DNA of 64,000 nt from an uncultured Actinomycetota bacterium (GTDB lineage: Bacteria > Actinomycetota > Actinomycetes > Mycobacteriales > Mycobacteriaceae). The position numbers and the translations under genes are program-made. The stretch spans positions 70,349 to 134,348 of the forward strand of contig CAVRIH010000015.1 of NCBI GenBank assembly GCA_963721195.1, in the 5' to 3' direction. Positions 1-11,774 of the stretch are shown here, piece after piece (position 1 is the stretch's first letter; each line of letters starts with the position of its first letter). The notes below the pieces were generated by a model that saw only the letters and a program-made list of their open reading frames with translations, searched no databases and had not been told where the DNA came from.

Positions 1-185
1 GCTTCGCGGTCTTCCACCGCGGCCCGCCGCCGATGTTCCCGATGGGACCCCGCGGCGAGTTCGAAGGTCCACGCCCGGGGTTCGGGCCGTTCGGTCCCGG
101 TGGGCCCGGTGGCCCCGGCTCCGAGCCGACGCAGCCAGGCGAACCGGGGTCGCCGGGGTCGACGACCACGCCGTCGCGTCCCTAA
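1..185 (+). CDS. 3' end of a Pro/Gly-rich protein (Rv3706c/Rv3705A-like), truncated by window start
   Basis: Open frame from base 3 (FAVFHRGPPPMFPMGPRGEFEGPRPGFGPFGPGGPGG...SRP) to TAA at 183-185; synteny. Confidence 0.7.
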   Translation, partial: FAVFHRGPPPMFPMGPRGEFEGPRPGFGPFGPGGPGGPGSEPTQPGEPGSPGSTTTPSRP

Positions 186-197
186 CGACGCACTGGC

Positions 198-638
198 ATG
201 ATCAAGCCCATGAGCATCGAACTCGTTTTCACCTCAGAGTCCACCGCAACCGGAGGCGGCCGCGAAGGCCACGTGAAGTCGTCGACCGGCCGCATCGATC
301 TGAACACGAACCATCCGAAGGAGATGGGCGGTAGCGGCGAGGGCACCAACCCCGAGGAGCTTTTCTCGGCCGGTTACGCCGCATGCTTCCTTGGTGCGCT
401 CCACCTGGTCGCCCGCAACGAGAAGATCGACCTCGACGACGCGAGCGGGATCACCGCGCAGATCGGCTTCGGCAAGGACCCCGCCGGCGGGTTCGGCCTC
501 AACGCCCATCTGATCGGTTATCTGCCCGGCCTGGAGCAGGGCGCTGCGGACGAGTTGATGGACAAGGCGCACCAGGTGTGCCCGTACTCCAAGGCCACCC
601 GCGGCAACATCGACGTCAAGCTGTCGGCGAAGGTCTAA
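198..638 (+). CDS. ohr: Organic hydroperoxide resistance protein (Ohr/OsmC family)
   Basis: [24 protein letters not shown] and [12 protein letters not shown] motifs with both catalytic Cys; start may be ATG 210. Confidence 0.92.
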   Translation: MIKPMSIELVFTSESTATGGGREGHVKSSTGRIDLNTNHPKEMGGSGEGTNPEELFSAGYAACFLGALHLVARNEKIDLDDASGITAQIGFGKDPAGGFGLNAHLIGYLPGLEQGAADELMDKAHQVCPYSKATRGNIDVKLSAKV

Positions 639-642
639 GGTC

Positions 643-1293
643 GTGCGGCCCGTCGCCCTGGCAGGCGTCGGCCTTGTCGTCGGCCTGTGTTTGGCGGCGG
701 CGCCCGGTGCGGCATCGGCGAAGCCTTCCGATCCGGGTGTCGTGAACTACGCCGTGCTGCCCAAGGGTTCGGTGGGCAACATCGTCGGCGCACCGATGCG
801 GTTCGAGTGGGCGTACACCGCTCCGTTTCAGTCGTTCTGGGTCGACAACGCCGCGTGCAACAACTGGGCGGACGTCGGGTTGCCCGACGTCTACGCCGAC
901 CCGGACCTGGCGTCGTTCAACGGCGCAGTGGCGCAGACGGCGCCGAATGATCGAAGGAACTACGTCAAGCAGGCGGTCGGCGTCTTCGCCACCAACGAAG
1001 CCGCCGACCGGGCCTTCCGTCGCGTCGTCGACCGCACTGGCGGTTGCAGCGGCCAGACCACCGCGATGCATCTGGACGACATGACCACCCAGGTGTGGAC
1101 CTTCACCGGCGGCCCGGCCACCGCCACCGACGCCGACTGGGTCAAGCAGGAGGCGGGCACTGACCGCCGCTGCTTCAACACCACCCGGAAACGCGAGAAT
1201 GTTCTGCTGCAGGCGAAAGTCTGTCAGTCCGGCAACGGTGGCCCGGCGGCGAATGTGCTGGCTGGTGCCATGCAGAACACATTGGGACAGTAG
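643..1293 (+). CDS. Secreted PknH-like extracellular sensor-domain protein (Rv3705c-like)
   Basis: Signal peptide, paired Cys, VKQAVGVF...AF and ENVLLQAKVC patterns; synteny. Confidence 0.8.
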   Translation: MRPVALAGVGLVVGLCLAAAPGAASAKPSDPGVVNYAVLPKGSVGNIVGAPMRFEWAYTAPFQSFWVDNAACNNWADVGLPDVYADPDLASFNGAVAQTAPNDRRNYVKQAVGVFATNEAADRAFRRVVDRTGGCSGQTTAMHLDDMTTQVWTFTGGPATATDADWVKQEAGTDRRCFNTTRKRENVLLQAKVCQSGNGGPAANVLAGAMQNTLGQ

Positions 1294-1417
1294 CGGCAGA
1301 GGGATTCGGGTACACCTCACCGACCAAGTCGTAAGAAAATCGCGCGACTTTGTCGGTGCGGTCTGGAAGATGTAGTGAAGGACGCGATCGTTCCCTACCC
1401 GGAAGGGGCCGGAAGAT

Positions 1418-2713
1418 ATGACCTTCGCCATGACGTCCGACGTGGACGACGCGCACCCGATCGAAGCCCAGAATGACGAGCTGACCAGCGCAAACTACGC
1501 TCACCGCTACGTTCGCGACACCTGTTTGAACGACGGCCCCGTCAGTCAGGTGGGCCTGGAAGTCGAGGCGCACTGCTTCGACCTGACCGACCCGATGCGC
1601 CGGCCCGGCTGGGATGAACTCACCGAAATCATCGCAGGCGTCCCGGCGTTGCCCGGCGGCAGCGTCGTGACGGTCGAGCCCGGCGGGGCCGTTGAATTGT
1701 CGGGACCGCCGATGGACGGGCCGGTTGCGGCGATCGCCGCAATGCAAGGCGACCGCGCGGCGCTGCGTGCGGCCTTCGCGCAGGCGGGTCTGGGGTTGGT
1801 GCTGCTCGGCGCCGACCCGCTTCGCCCGGCCAAGCGCGTCAACCCCGGCGCCCGCTATCAGGCGATGGAGACGTTCTTCAAGGCCAGTGAGACCGGCGCC
1901 GCGGGTGCGGCCATGATGACCTCGACGGCCTCCATCCAGATCAACCTCGACGCCGGGCCGCGGGAAGGCTGGGCCGACCGGGTGCGGCTGGCGCACGCGC
2001 TCGGGCCGACGATGATCGCCGTCGCCGCCAACTCACCGCTGCTCGGCGGCAGGTTCGCGGGCTGGCGATCGGCACGCCAACATGTCTGGAGCCAATTGGA
2101 CTCGGCGCGCTGCGGGCCCATCCTGGGTGCCAGCGGTGACGACCCGGCCAGCGACTGGGCCAGGTATGCGTTGAAGGCGCCGGTCATGCTGGTCAACACG
2201 CCGTCGAAGACGCAAGTAATCCCGGTGACCACGTGGGTGCCGTTCGCCGACTGGGCCGACGGCCGCGTGATGCTCGGCGACCGCAGGCCGACACACGCCG
2301 ATCTGGATTACCACCTGACCACGTTGTTCCCCCCGGTGCGGCCGCGACGCTGGCTGGAGATCCGTTACCTCGACAGCGTCCCCGACGCCGTGTGGCCTGC
2401 CGTGGTGTTCACGCTCGTCACCTTGCTCGACGACCCGGTGGCCGCCGATATCGCCGCCGAGGCCACCGAATCGGTCGCGACGGCGTGGGACCGCGCCGCG
2501 CAGATCGGACTCGGTGACCGCCGGCTGGCCGACGCCGCCCTGCGATGCGTGCTGACGGCCGCCGAGCGGGCGCCTGCCGAACTCGAGGAATCGATGCAGC
2601 AGTTGGTGCGTTCGGTGGAACAAGGACAGTGCCCGGCCGACGATTTCTCCGACCGGGTCGTCAAGTACGGGATCGCCCCGGCGGTCACTCAACTGGCGCT
2701 AGGGGAGCCGTGA
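1418..2713 (+). CDS. egtA: Ergothioneine biosynthesis glutamate-cysteine ligase
   Basis: [38 protein letters not shown]; first gene of five-gene operon. Confidence 0.95.
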   Translation: MTFAMTSDVDDAHPIEAQNDELTSANYAHRYVRDTCLNDGPVSQVGLEVEAHCFDLTDPMRRPGWDELTEIIAGVPALPGGSVVTVEPGGAVELSGPPMDGPVAAIAAMQGDRAALRAAFAQAGLGLVLLGADPLRPAKRVNPGARYQAMETFFKASETGAAGAAMMTSTASIQINLDAGPREGWADRVRLAHALGPTMIAVAANSPLLGGRFAGWRSARQHVWSQLDSARCGPILGASGDDPASDWARYALKAPVMLVNTPSKTQVIPVTTWVPFADWADGRVMLGDRRPTHADLDYHLTTLFPPVRPRRWLEIRYLDSVPDAVWPAVVFTLVTLLDDPVAADIAAEATESVATAWDRAAQIGLGDRRLADAALRCVLTAAERAPAELEESMQQLVRSVEQGQCPADDFSDRVVKYGIAPAVTQLALGEP

Positions 2714-3999
2714 CGGTACGCGAGGAACTCGCACGCGAACTCGCCACGGCCCGCGACCGCACCCTGCGGCTGGTCGACTTCGACGACGCCGAACTTCACC
2801 GCCAGTACGACCCGCTGATGAGCCCCCTGGTGTGGGACCTCGCCCACATCGGCTGGCAGGAAGAACTGTGGCTCCTGCGCGGGAACAACCCCGGCCGCCC
2901 CGGACTTCTCGATCCGCAGGTCGAGCGGTGCTACGACGCGTTTCTCAACTCCCGTGCCAGTCGTGTCGACCTACCGCTGCTGTCGTCCGCCGAGGCCAGG
3001 TCCTACTGCTCGACCGTGCGCAACAAGGTGCTGGACAGCCTCGACGCACTGCCCGAGGACGGCTCCCAAACAGAGGCCGAGTTCAACTTCGGTCTGGTGA
3101 TCAGCCACGAGAACCAGCACGACGAGACGATGCTGCAGGCACTGAATCTCCGCAGCGGGCCCGCACTGCTGGACCGCGGAGCGCCGCTGCCATCGGGCAG
3201 GGCCGGAGTCGCAGGAACGTCAGTACTCGTGCCCGCCGGTGAGTTCATCTTGGGCGTCGACGCGGTCACCGAACCGCACTCACTGGACAACGAGCGTTCT
3301 GCCCACCTGGTCGACCTGCCTGCCTTCCGCATCGGCACGGTGCCCGTCACCAACGGTGAGTGGCGCCACTTCATCGACGACGGCGGATACGACGACCGAC
3401 GGTGGTGGTCGCAGCGCGGCTGGTCCCATCGGAAGGAGGCGGATCTGCGGGCACCGCAGTTCTGGAACCCCGACGGCACCCGCACCCGTTTCGGCCACGT
3501 CGAGGACATCCCCGCCGACGAACCCGTCCAGCACATCACATTCTTCGAAGCGCAGGCGTACGCGGCCTGGGCAGGTGCCCGGCTGCCCACCGAGCAGGAG
3601 TGGGAGAAGGCCTGCGCGTGGGACCCCGCGGTGAAGGCGCGCCGTCGCTATCCGTGGGGTTCTTCGGAGCCGACAACACATCTCGCCAATCTCGGCGGCG
3701 ACGCGCTGCGGCCCGCGCCGGTCGGCGCCTATCCGGCCGGCGCGTCTGCCTACGGCGCCGAACAGATGCTCGGCGACGTTTGGGAATGGACCACGTCGCC
3801 GCTGCGGCCCTGGCCGGGTTTCACGCCGATGCTGTACGACCAGTACTCGGCACCGTTCTTCGACGGCGACTACAAGGTGCTTCGCGGCGGGTCGTGGGCT
3901 GTCGCGTCGAGCATCCTTCGTCCGAGCTTCCGTAACTGGGACCACCCGATCCGGAGGCAGATCTTCTCGGGCGTGCGTCTCGCGTGGGATGTCGCCTGA
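2710..3999 (+). CDS. egtB: Hercynine sulfoxide synthase
   Basis: DinB-like N-terminus ([16 protein letters not shown] iron ligands) plus FGE-sulfatase domain ([18 protein letters not shown]); GTG overlaps egtA stop. Confidence 0.95.
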   Translation: MTVREELARELATARDRTLRLVDFDDAELHRQYDPLMSPLVWDLAHIGWQEELWLLRGNNPGRPGLLDPQVERCYDAFLNSRASRVDLPLLSSAEARSYCSTVRNKVLDSLDALPEDGSQTEAEFNFGLVISHENQHDETMLQALNLRSGPALLDRGAPLPSGRAGVAGTSVLVPAGEFILGVDAVTEPHSLDNERSAHLVDLPAFRIGTVPVTNGEWRHFIDDGGYDDRRWWSQRGWSHRKEADLRAPQFWNPDGTRTRFGHVEDIPADEPVQHITFFEAQAYAAWAGARLPTEQEWEKACAWDPAVKARRRYPWGSSEPTTHLANLGGDALRPAPVGAYPAGASAYGAEQMLGDVWEWTTSPLRPWPGFTPMLYDQYSAPFFDGDYKVLRGGSWAVASSILRPSFRNWDHPIRRQIFSGVRLAWDVA

Positions 4000-4688
4000 T
4001 GTGCCGACACCTCGGCTGGCTCGGTGCACCGGTCACCGTCGCGTCACTGGTGATGGAACCCGCCAACGGCCTTATGGTGCAGTCGTATTCGCCGCGCAGG
4101 CAGAAGCACGGCCTGATGAACGCCGATGGCTGGGGTGTCGGCTTCTTCGACAACGGCACGCCACGACGCTGGCGCAGCGCGGCGCCGCTGTGGGGGGACG
4201 CCTCCTTCGCATCGGTAGCGCCCGCGTTGCGAAGCGGATGCATCGTCGCGGCCGTGCGATCGGCGAGCGTCGGCATGCCGATCGAACCGACGGCAGCTGC
4301 GCCATTCACCGACGGTCGGTGGCTGCTGTCGCACAACGGCCTCGTCGACCGGACGGTCCTGCCGTTGTCGGCGAAAGCCGAGTCGACCTGCGACAGCGCG
4401 CTGTTGGCGGCGCTGATCTTCGACCGAGGCCTGGACGCGCTCGGTGACACGATCGTCGAGGTCGCCGCCGCCGACCCCAACGCTCGGCTGAACATTCTGG
4501 CGGCCAACGGTTCTCGGCTTGTCGCTACCACCTGGGGTGACACCCTGTCGGTGCTGCGGCGCACCGACGGCATCGTGCTGGCCAGCGAACCCTACGACGA
4601 CAGCCCCGACTGGCAGGAGATTCCCGATCGCCACCTGGTCTGGATCGTCGGCCTCGACATCGAGCTGATCCCGCTGAAAGGATCGTGA
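3999..4688 (+). CDS. egtC: Class II glutamine amidotransferase-type hydrolase
   Basis: N-terminal MCRHLGW nucleophile, [12 protein letters not shown]; TGATG coupling. Confidence 0.95.
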   Translation: MCRHLGWLGAPVTVASLVMEPANGLMVQSYSPRRQKHGLMNADGWGVGFFDNGTPRRWRSAAPLWGDASFASVAPALRSGCIVAAVRSASVGMPIEPTAAAPFTDGRWLLSHNGLVDRTVLPLSAKAESTCDSALLAALIFDRGLDALGDTIVEVAAADPNARLNILAANGSRLVATTWGDTLSVLRRTDGIVLASEPYDDSPDWQEIPDRHLVWIVGLDIELIPLKGS

Positions 4689-5653
4689 TGACCTTCGCAC
4701 TTTCGAACTACCTGTCCGCCGATTCCGCGGGCGAAGCCCTGCGCCGCGACGTGCTGGACGGGTTGAGGCAGACACCGAAATCGTTGCCGCCCAAATGGTT
4801 CTACGATTCCGTCGGCAGCGACCTGTTCGACCAGATCACCCGCCTGCCCGAGTACTATCCCACCCGCGCCGAGGCACAGATCCTGCGCGAGCGGTCGGCC
4901 GAGATCGCCGCGGCATCGGGCGCAGACACCCTCGTCGAACTCGGCAGTGGCACCTCGGAGAAAACCCGCATGTTGTTGGACGCCCTGCGCGACAACGGAT
5001 CCCTTCGCCGATTCATCCCGTTCGATGTCGACGCCTCAGTGCTCAAGGGCGCCGGCTCAGCAATCGAGAAGGAATACCCCGGCATCGAGATCGACGCGGT
5101 GTGCGGTGACTTCGAGGAACATCTCGGCAAGATCCCCCGCGTCGGCCGCCGACTGGTCGTCTTCCTGGGCTCGACGATCGGAAACCTCACGCCAGGGCCG
5201 CGCGCCGACTTTCTGGCAGCCCTGGCGGAGACCCTGCAGCCCGGAGACAGCCTGCTGTTGGGCACTGACCTGGTCAAGGACGCCGATCGGTTGGTGGCTG
5301 CCTACGACGACAGCGCCGGTGTTACAGCGCAGTTCAATCGCAACGTGCTGGCCGTGGTCAACCGTGAGCTGGACGCAGATTTCGACCTCGACGCATTCGA
5401 GCACGTCGCCAAGTGGAACACCGACGAGGAGCGCATCGAGATGTGGCTGCGCGCCAACCAGGCGCAGCGGGTGCAGGTGAATGCGCTCCGCCTACCCATC
5501 GACTTCGCCGACGGCGAAGAGATGCTCACCGAGGTGTCGTGCAAGTTCCGCCCCGACGGGGTGGCCGCCGAACTGGCCGATTCCGGCCTGCGCCGTACAC
5601 ATTGGTGGACCGACAGCGCAGGCGACTTCGGACTGTCGCTGTCGACGCGGTGA
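4685..5653 (+). CDS. egtD: Histidine N-alpha-trimethyltransferase
   Basis: [47 protein letters not shown]. Confidence 0.96.
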   Translation: MMTFALSNYLSADSAGEALRRDVLDGLRQTPKSLPPKWFYDSVGSDLFDQITRLPEYYPTRAEAQILRERSAEIAAASGADTLVELGSGTSEKTRMLLDALRDNGSLRRFIPFDVDASVLKGAGSAIEKEYPGIEIDAVCGDFEEHLGKIPRVGRRLVVFLGSTIGNLTPGPRADFLAALAETLQPGDSLLLGTDLVKDADRLVAAYDDSAGVTAQFNRNVLAVVNRELDADFDLDAFEHVAKWNTDEERIEMWLRANQAQRVQVNALRLPIDFADGEEMLTEVSCKFRPDGVAAELADSGLRRTHWWTDSAGDFGLSLSTR

Positions 5654-6783
5654 TGTCTGAAGCAGCGAGCCTCGCCGAGCAGTGGCGCGCGGCCAGGCCG
5701 ACCGTCGCCGGGGTGCATCTCGACAGTGCGGCGTGCTCACGGCAGACCTTCGCGGTCATCGACGCCGCGGCACAGCACGCCCGCCACGAAGCCGAGGTCG
5801 GCGGATACGTCGCTGCCGCGGCCGCCGAACCCGTGCTCGACGCGGGCCGCGCAGCGATCGGCTCGCTGACGGGGTTGGGCAGCGCCGACGTCGTCTACAC
5901 CACCGGTGCCAACGACGCTCTCGAGCGCCTGCTGTCCAGTTGGCCCGGAGAACGCACCGTCGCCTGCCTGCCCGGTGAATACGGACCCAACCTGGCGATA
6001 ATGGCCGCCAACGGCTTTGACGTCCGCGCGCTGCCCGCCGACGGTGACGGCCGACTCGATGTCGACGCCGCTGCCCGTGCGCTGGCGACCGACCGGCCCG
6101 CGCTGGTACACCTGACGGCACTGGCCAGCCACCGCGGCATCGCTCAACCGATGGCTGCGCTGGCCGTCGTGTGCCGAGACCTGGACGTCGCACTTGTGAT
6201 CGACGCGGCGCAGGCGCTGGGCCACCTCGATTGCGCCGTAACACCTTCCGCCATCTACAGCTCGTCGCGCAAGTGGGTGGCAGGCCCGCGCGGTGTCGGT
6301 TTTCTGGCGGTTCATCCGCATCTGGCGCAGCGGCTTGCGCCGCGGATACCCCCACCGGAGTGGGGCCTTGCGTTGACCGTGATGGAGCGCCTCGAGCAAG
6401 GCGAAGCCAATGTAGCTGCCCGCGTTGGCTATTCGGTGGCGCTCGGCGACTATCTGGCGGCCGACCCCAAGCAGATCACGCAGCGGCTGGCCGAGGTGGG
6501 AAAAATGACCCGCGAGGCGCTCGCCGACGTCAAGGGATGGCGGGTGGTCGAGCCGGTCGACGAACCGACGGCGATCACGACGCTGGAGCCCGTCGACGGC
6601 GCCGACCCGCAGCAGGTGCGGGCACAACTGATCGCCGAGTACGGAATCGTCACCACATATGCCGAAACGCTGCGAGCCCCGTTCGAGATGACGTCGCCGG
6701 TGCTGCGGGCGTCACCGCACGTCGACGTCACCGCCGGGGAACTGGAGCACTTCGCCCAGGCGCTGGCCGCGACGAGCGCCTAG
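5653..6783 (+). CDS. egtE: PLP-dependent hercynylcysteine sulfoxide lyase
   Basis: [30 protein letters not shown] (class V PLP Lys); TGATG coupling. Confidence 0.93.
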   Translation: MSEAASLAEQWRAARPTVAGVHLDSAACSRQTFAVIDAAAQHARHEAEVGGYVAAAAAEPVLDAGRAAIGSLTGLGSADVVYTTGANDALERLLSSWPGERTVACLPGEYGPNLAIMAANGFDVRALPADGDGRLDVDAAARALATDRPALVHLTALASHRGIAQPMAALAVVCRDLDVALVIDAAQALGHLDCAVTPSAIYSSSRKWVAGPRGVGFLAVHPHLAQRLAPRIPPPEWGLALTVMERLEQGEANVAARVGYSVALGDYLAADPKQITQRLAEVGKMTREALADVKGWRVVEPVDEPTAITTLEPVDGADPQQVRAQLIAEYGIVTTYAETLRAPFEMTSPVLRASPHVDVTAGELEHFAQALAATSA

Positions 6784-7460
6784 TCGCCCTTGTGTGCGGT
6801 GAGCAAAAACGCCGGCATCTTCTGCCTGCCTTTCTCGTCTTCCTCGAAGGTCGGCATCGTGAACGGTGCGTCGGCGGGAATAGCTCCCGCCATGTTCGCG
6901 TGGATGAACGCCGGTCGAATCTCGTCGATCGCCCAATGCTTGGACACCGCCTCGCGCAATTCGTCTTCACTGACCGTGTTCGGGCCGAAGTCCCCCGGCG
7001 GAAACGCGCCGTTGGCGAACACCAGGATGTAGAAGGTCGCTCCCGGGGCGGCTGCCCGGTGCACTGCACGCAGATACCCGTCGCGACCTTCGACCGGCAA
7101 CGAATGAAACAGGGTGCTGTCGACGACGGTGTTGAATCGCCCGTCGTAGCCGCTGAACGACGTGATGTCGTCCTGGACGAACGTTGCGTTGGTCAAACCG
7201 CGCTCGTCGGCAGCCTTGGTGGCGGCCGCGATCGCCGTCGGTGTCAGGTCGATGCCGACGACCGTGTAGCCCTCGGCGGCGAGCGCCAACGACAGCTCGG
7301 CATATCCGCAGCCGGCGTCGAGCACGTCGCTGCGGATCTTCCCGCTCTGAATCAACGCGGCGAGTTCTGGCTGCGGCTCGCCGATGTTCCACGGCGGCGG
7401 CCCCTGAAAGGGGCCATGCTCTTGGTAAGCGTCGTCCCATTCCATCACGTCGTCTGCCAT
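6780..7460 (-). CDS. Class I SAM-dependent methyltransferase (Rv3699-like)
   Basis: [27 protein letters not shown]. Confidence 0.88.
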   Translation of the reverse strand: MADDVMEWDDAYQEHGPFQGPPPWNIGEPQPELAALIQSGKIRSDVLDAGCGYAELSLALAAEGYTVVGIDLTPTAIAAATKAADERGLTNATFVQDDITSFSGYDGRFNTVVDSTLFHSLPVEGRDGYLRAVHRAAAPGATFYILVFANGAFPPGDFGPNTVSEDELREAVSKHWAIDEIRPAFIHANMAGAIPADAPFTMPTFEEDEKGRQKMPAFLLTAHKGD

Positions 7461-7475
7461 GGCACCCAACGTAGT

Positions 7476-7913
7476 TCAAGCGGTCCTTCGCACCAATAAC
7501 GTTGCGCTGTAGTCCGTGAGGGCCGGGGAGTCGTCCGGCGTCTTCGGATACGGGTCAAGCGACTTCAGCTCGACCATGTAGTCGCCCACCTGGACCGTCT
7601 GCTTGTTCTGCCCGGCCGCCGGATTGGTGTTGAACTCCAGCGTCGACGGCGCGCCCTGTCCTTGCTGTGCGACGACCGCGATGCGTGCCTGGCCGGTCCA
7701 GAAGCATTCGACCTCCGCCGGGCAGCGGGAGTCCTCCAGCACGTCGGTGAAGCGCAGACGCAGATCAGCGCCGCGGATCGTGACCTCCTGTGCACCGTGC
7801 AGGACGAACTCCTGATCGAGCCCGGCCTCGATCGGATCCGCCTGCGCCGCATGGCTCCGGCATCCCGCCAGCGCGAGTACCAGCGCCGCGATCACGATCC
7901 ACGCCTTGATCAC
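7476..7913 (-). CDS. Putative lipoprotein
   Basis: Hydrophobic signal with LAGC lipobox; DSRCPAEVECFWTG motif. Confidence 0.75.
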   Translation of the reverse strand: MIKAWIVIAALVLALAGCRSHAAQADPIEAGLDQEFVLHGAQEVTIRGADLRLRFTDVLEDSRCPAEVECFWTGQARIAVVAQQGQGAPSTLEFNTNPAAGQNKQTVQVGDYMVELKSLDPYPKTPDDSPALTDYSATLLVRRTA

Positions 7914-9397
7914 GGCGCGCCCCAGGTGTGCACGGGCTCGTTGCTGTGCATGCGCTCACAGTAGAGCCGCAGCATCTCGGCCAACGCATTTGGCCTGGAG
8001 AGCCCGCGCTCCTGCAGTGCGTGCACCGTTGCGACCTGCCAGGCGGACCCGTTGACTCCGGTCTTCGCGCGGCCCTCGATCACACCGAGGTAGCGGTCGC
8101 GGACATCACCGGATACCTCCCAGCGTTGCAGACCCTCGTCGGCCATCGGCAGCAACTGCCGCAGCACCAACTCGTCCGGCGTCACCTCGCCCATGCCCGG
8201 CCAGTACAGCCGTGCGTTCATTCCGTTCTTGGCGGCTTCGACGAAGTTGTGTTGTGCTGCAGCAAAACTCATCTTTGTCCAAATCGGCCTGTCATCCTCG
8301 GCCAGCGTCCGCAGCGCGCCGTAATAGAACGCGGCATTCGCCATCATGTCGACCACGGTCGGTCCCGCGGGTAAGACCCGGTTCTCCACGCGAAGGTGGG
8401 GACGGCCGACCCCGTCCTGCTCCACGACGTCGTACACCGGCCGGTTCCACCGGTAGATCGTGCCGTTGTGCAGCCGGAGCTCGGCCAGTTTGGGCGTGCG
8501 GCCCTCGGCCAGCTCGCGGGTGGGGTCCTCATCGGACAACTCGGGCAGCAGCGACGGGAAGTAGCGAACGTTCTCCTCGAACAGGTCGAAGATCGAGGTG
8601 ATCCACCGTTCGCCGAACCACACCCGCGGCCGGACGCCCTGCGTCTTGAGCTCGTCGGGCCGGGTGTCGGTGGCCTGGGCGAACAGTTCGATGCGGGTCT
8701 CCGCCCACAGTTGGTGTCCGTAGAAGTACGGCGAGTTGGCGCCCAGCGCCAGCTGCGGACCGGCCAGCACCTGTGCGGCGTTCCAGTTGCGCGCGAACTC
8801 GGCGGGGGAGACCTGCAGGTGCAGCTGCATGCTGGTACAAGCTGACTCCGGTGCGATCGACTCGGTTTGCAGGCTCAGTCGCTCGGGTCCGCTGATGTCG
8901 ATCAGAATGTCCTCACCCCGGGCGGTGAAGATCGAATCGTTGAGTGCCTTATAGCGGATCGATTCGCTCATCCACCGCCCCGAAAGGTGCTCGGGCATCA
9001 GGGTCGGCAGGATGCCGACCATCACGATGTGCGCGTCGTGTCCGTTGGCCTTGGCTTCGGCCGCATTGAGACTGGCGCGCACCTCGGCCTCGAGTTCCAG
9101 CGCCGCGCGTCCGGGCAGCCGACGTGGCGGAACGTTGAATTCGATGTTGTAGGCGCCCAATTCGGTCTGGTATGCCGGATCGGCGATCGCCTGCAGGACT
9201 TCGGAATTGCTCATGGCGGGCTGGTAAGCGGCGTCGACGAGATTGCACTCGATCTCCATGCCGGTCAGCGGCCGCTCGAACTCGAAACTGGACTGATTGA
9301 GCATGGTTTCGAAGACGTCGAGGCACTGCTGCACTTTGCGCCGGTACTCGCGGCGATGTGCGCGCGAGTACTCGGTGTCCTGCACTTCTTCGCCCAC
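7910..9397 (-). CDS. Glutamate-cysteine ligase family 2 protein (Rv3698-like)
   Basis: GMEIECNLVD, QTELGAYNIE, CTSMQLHLQV, HNGTIYRWNR, RVENRVLP; TAGGCT -10 just before GTG 9397 (likely leaderless). Confidence 0.88.
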   Translation of the reverse strand: MGEEVQDTEYSRAHRREYRRKVQQCLDVFETMLNQSSFEFERPLTGMEIECNLVDAAYQPAMSNSEVLQAIADPAYQTELGAYNIEFNVPPRRLPGRAALELEAEVRASLNAAEAKANGHDAHIVMVGILPTLMPEHLSGRWMSESIRYKALNDSIFTARGEDILIDISGPERLSLQTESIAPESACTSMQLHLQVSPAEFARNWNAAQVLAGPQLALGANSPYFYGHQLWAETRIELFAQATDTRPDELKTQGVRPRVWFGERWITSIFDLFEENVRYFPSLLPELSDEDPTRELAEGRTPKLAELRLHNGTIYRWNRPVYDVVEQDGVGRPHLRVENRVLPAGPTVVDMMANAAFYYGALRTLAEDDRPIWTKMSFAAAQHNFVEAAKNGMNARLYWPGMGEVTPDELVLRQLLPMADEGLQRWEVSGDVRDRYLGVIEGRAKTGVNGSAWQVATVHALQERGLSRPNALAEMLRLYCERMHSNEPVHTWGAP

Positions 9398-9407
9398 GAT
9401 TGAAAGC

Positions 9408-10160
9408 CTATCGGCGGCTGGCCACCACAACCTGCGGATTCATCAGCCCGCCGCGCAGTTCCGCGTCGATCGCCGGATCGGCATGTTCGGCCAGTGCACG
9501 CAGCGCCGACGGACTGTAGGTGCGTAGCGAACTGATGAGGCCGTCGTGCACGAACGGGATGAACGGAACCAACGGCAGCATCGTCGCGAGTCGGAGGAGG
9601 TGCAACGGCGACGGCGGTCTGGGCAGATCGATGATGACCAGCTTGTCGGCTGCGCGTGTGCCCTCGGCGAACACCCGTGACGCCATCGACGGCGACAGGT
9701 GGTGGAACGACAGCGCGAACACGGCGAGATCGAAATGTCCGTCGGGTGCGTCGATGTCTGTGGCGTCCATCGCACGAACCGTCGCACGCGGATGCTCGCC
9801 CAGATCGCTTGCTGTCATCTTCGTCACCGACGAGGCCTCGATGTCGGTGACGGTGAGCTCGGCGGTGGGGTGCCACTCCAGCAGTTTCCGCGACAAGCCG
9901 CCGTGACCGGCGCCGAGCTCGAGGATCTTGGGGTCGGCGACGTCGGCGACCGCGTCCAGTGCGATCTTGGCGAACTTTTCGGTGTTGCCGAAGAACTCGC
10001 CGGTCCACTCGAGCGCTCGGATCACGCTGCGCTTGACGCTCTCTTCCACGTCGTCGCGGTCGAGATATTCCAGCCGGTCGGTCTCCAGCAACCGGTCCAG
10101 GCAGGACGCGTCCGGCCCGCCGCGGGGCATACGGTCAATGTCGACGATCGGTCTCGCCAT
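9408..10160 (-). CDS. Class I SAM-dependent methyltransferase
   Basis: ILELGAGHG motif [13 protein letters not shown]; upstream extension in the ORF track is antisense to glpK. Confidence 0.85.
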   Translation of the reverse strand: MARPIVDIDRMPRGGPDASCLDRLLETDRLEYLDRDDVEESVKRSVIRALEWTGEFFGNTEKFAKIALDAVADVADPKILELGAGHGGLSRKLLEWHPTAELTVTDIEASSVTKMTASDLGEHPRATVRAMDATDIDAPDGHFDLAVFALSFHHLSPSMASRVFAEGTRAADKLVIIDLPRPPSPLHLLRLATMLPLVPFIPFVHDGLISSLRTYSPSALRALAEHADPAIDAELRGGLMNPQVVVASRR

Positions 10161-10205
10161 ATGCACCATGATGAACGATTGCAGAGCGTCCGGAGGGAGC
10201 AGGAG

Positions 10206-11723
10206 TTGGCAGACTTCATAGCCGCCATCGACCAGGGCACGACCAGCACCCGGTGCATGATCTTCGACCACAACGGCGCCGAGGTCGGGCGTCACCAACT
10301 CGAACACGAGCAGATCCTGCCCAATGCCGGCTGGGTCGAACACAATCCCGTCGAGATCACCGAACGCACCGCTTCGGTCATCCAGTCGGCGCTGAACAGG
10401 ACCAACCTGTCGGCCACCGACCTCGCGGCGCTGGGCATCACCAACCAACGGGAGACGTCGCTGGTCTGGAACCGCAAAACTGGACGGCCGTACTACAACG
10501 CGATCGTGTGGCAGGACACCCGCACCGACCGCATCGCCTCCGCGCTGGATCGCGACGGCCGCGGTGACGTGATCCGCCGCAAAGCAGGTCTGCCGCCCGC
10601 AACCTACTTCTCCGGCGGCAAGCTGCAATGGATCCTGGAGAACGTCGACGGGGTGCGCCGCGACGCCGAGAACGGAGACGCAATCTTCGGGACCGCGGAC
10701 ACGTGGGTGCTGTGGAACCTCACCGGGGGCGCGCGCGGCGGTGTGCACGCCATCGATGTCACCAATGCCAGTCGCACGATGCTGATGAACCTCGAGACTC
10801 TGGATTGGGATGACGAACTGCTGTCGTTCTTCGATATTCCGCGCCAGATGCTGCCGGAGATCAAGCCGTCGTCGTATCCGGAGTCCTACGGCGTGACGCG
10901 CGACGACGGTCCGGTCGGCGGCCAGGTGCCGATCACCGGGATCCTCGGCGACCAGCAGGCCGCGATGGTCGGCCAGGTCTGCCTCGACGCGGGCGAAGCC
11001 AAAAACACCTACGGCACAGGGAATTTCCTTCTGCTCAACACGGGCGAGAAGATCGTCCGGTCGGAAAACGGTCTGCTCACCACGGTGTGTTATCAGTTCG
11101 GTGACGCGAAACCCGTTTATGCACTTGAGGGTTCGATCGCGGTCACCGGCTCGGCGGTGCAGTGGCTACGCGACCAGCTCGGCATCATCAGCGGTGCCTC
11201 GGAGAGCGAGTCGCTCGCGCGCCAGGTGGCCGACAACGGCGGCGTCTACTTCGTGCCCGCGTTCTCGGGACTCTTTGCGCCGTACTGGCGTTCGGATGCG
11301 CGCGGCGCGATCGTCGGGCTGTCACGGTTCAACACCAACGCACACGTGGCGCGCGCGACGCTCGAGGCGATCTGCTACCAGAGTCGCGACGTCGTCGACG
11401 CGATGGAGGCCGACTCCGGCGTGCACATGGAGGTGCTCAAGGTCGACGGTGGTATCACCGCCAACGACCTGTGCATGCAGATCCAGGCCGACGTTCTCGG
11501 CGTCGAGGTGGTCAAGCCCGTCGTCGCCGAGACGACCGCACTGGGAGCCGCCTACGCGGCGGGTCTCGCCGTGGGCTTCTGGGAGAACCCCGACGATCTG
11601 CGGGCCAACTGGCAGGAGGGCAAGCGTTGGAGTCCGGCGTGGAGCGACAAGCAGCGCGCGGACGGATACGCCGGCTGGCAGAAGGCCGTGCAGCGCACGC
11701 TTGACTGGGTCGACGTCGAGTGA
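10206..11723 (+). CDS. glpK: Glycerol kinase
   Basis: [38 protein letters not shown]; TTG start after GGAGGGAGCAGGAG. Confidence 0.97.
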   Translation: MADFIAAIDQGTTSTRCMIFDHNGAEVGRHQLEHEQILPNAGWVEHNPVEITERTASVIQSALNRTNLSATDLAALGITNQRETSLVWNRKTGRPYYNAIVWQDTRTDRIASALDRDGRGDVIRRKAGLPPATYFSGGKLQWILENVDGVRRDAENGDAIFGTADTWVLWNLTGGARGGVHAIDVTNASRTMLMNLETLDWDDELLSFFDIPRQMLPEIKPSSYPESYGVTRDDGPVGGQVPITGILGDQQAAMVGQVCLDAGEAKNTYGTGNFLLLNTGEKIVRSENGLLTTVCYQFGDAKPVYALEGSIAVTGSAVQWLRDQLGIISGASESESLARQVADNGGVYFVPAFSGLFAPYWRSDARGAIVGLSRFNTNAHVARATLEAICYQSRDVVDAMEADSGVHMEVLKVDGGITANDLCMQIQADVLGVEVVKPVVAETTALGAAYAAGLAVGFWENPDDLRANWQEGKRWSPAWSDKQRADGYAGWQKAVQRTLDWVDVE

Positions 11724-11724
11724 T

Positions 11725-11767
11725 TTCGGCGCGCTAATCCACGCTCAGCGACGGTCAGCGCGCCGAA
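11725..11767. repeat. REP-like inverted repeat or bidirectional terminator
   Basis: TTCGGCGCGCT...AGCGCGCCGAA, perfect 11-bp arms between convergent genes. Confidence 0.7.
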
Positions 11768-11774
11768 GCCGCAA

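Noticed and set aside
2545-2709. Extended N-terminus of egtB (likewise egtE, glpK, nth and the Fic-like ORF in the track)
   Set aside because: Extensions overlap neighbouring genes; coupled or RBS-supported downstream starts fit better
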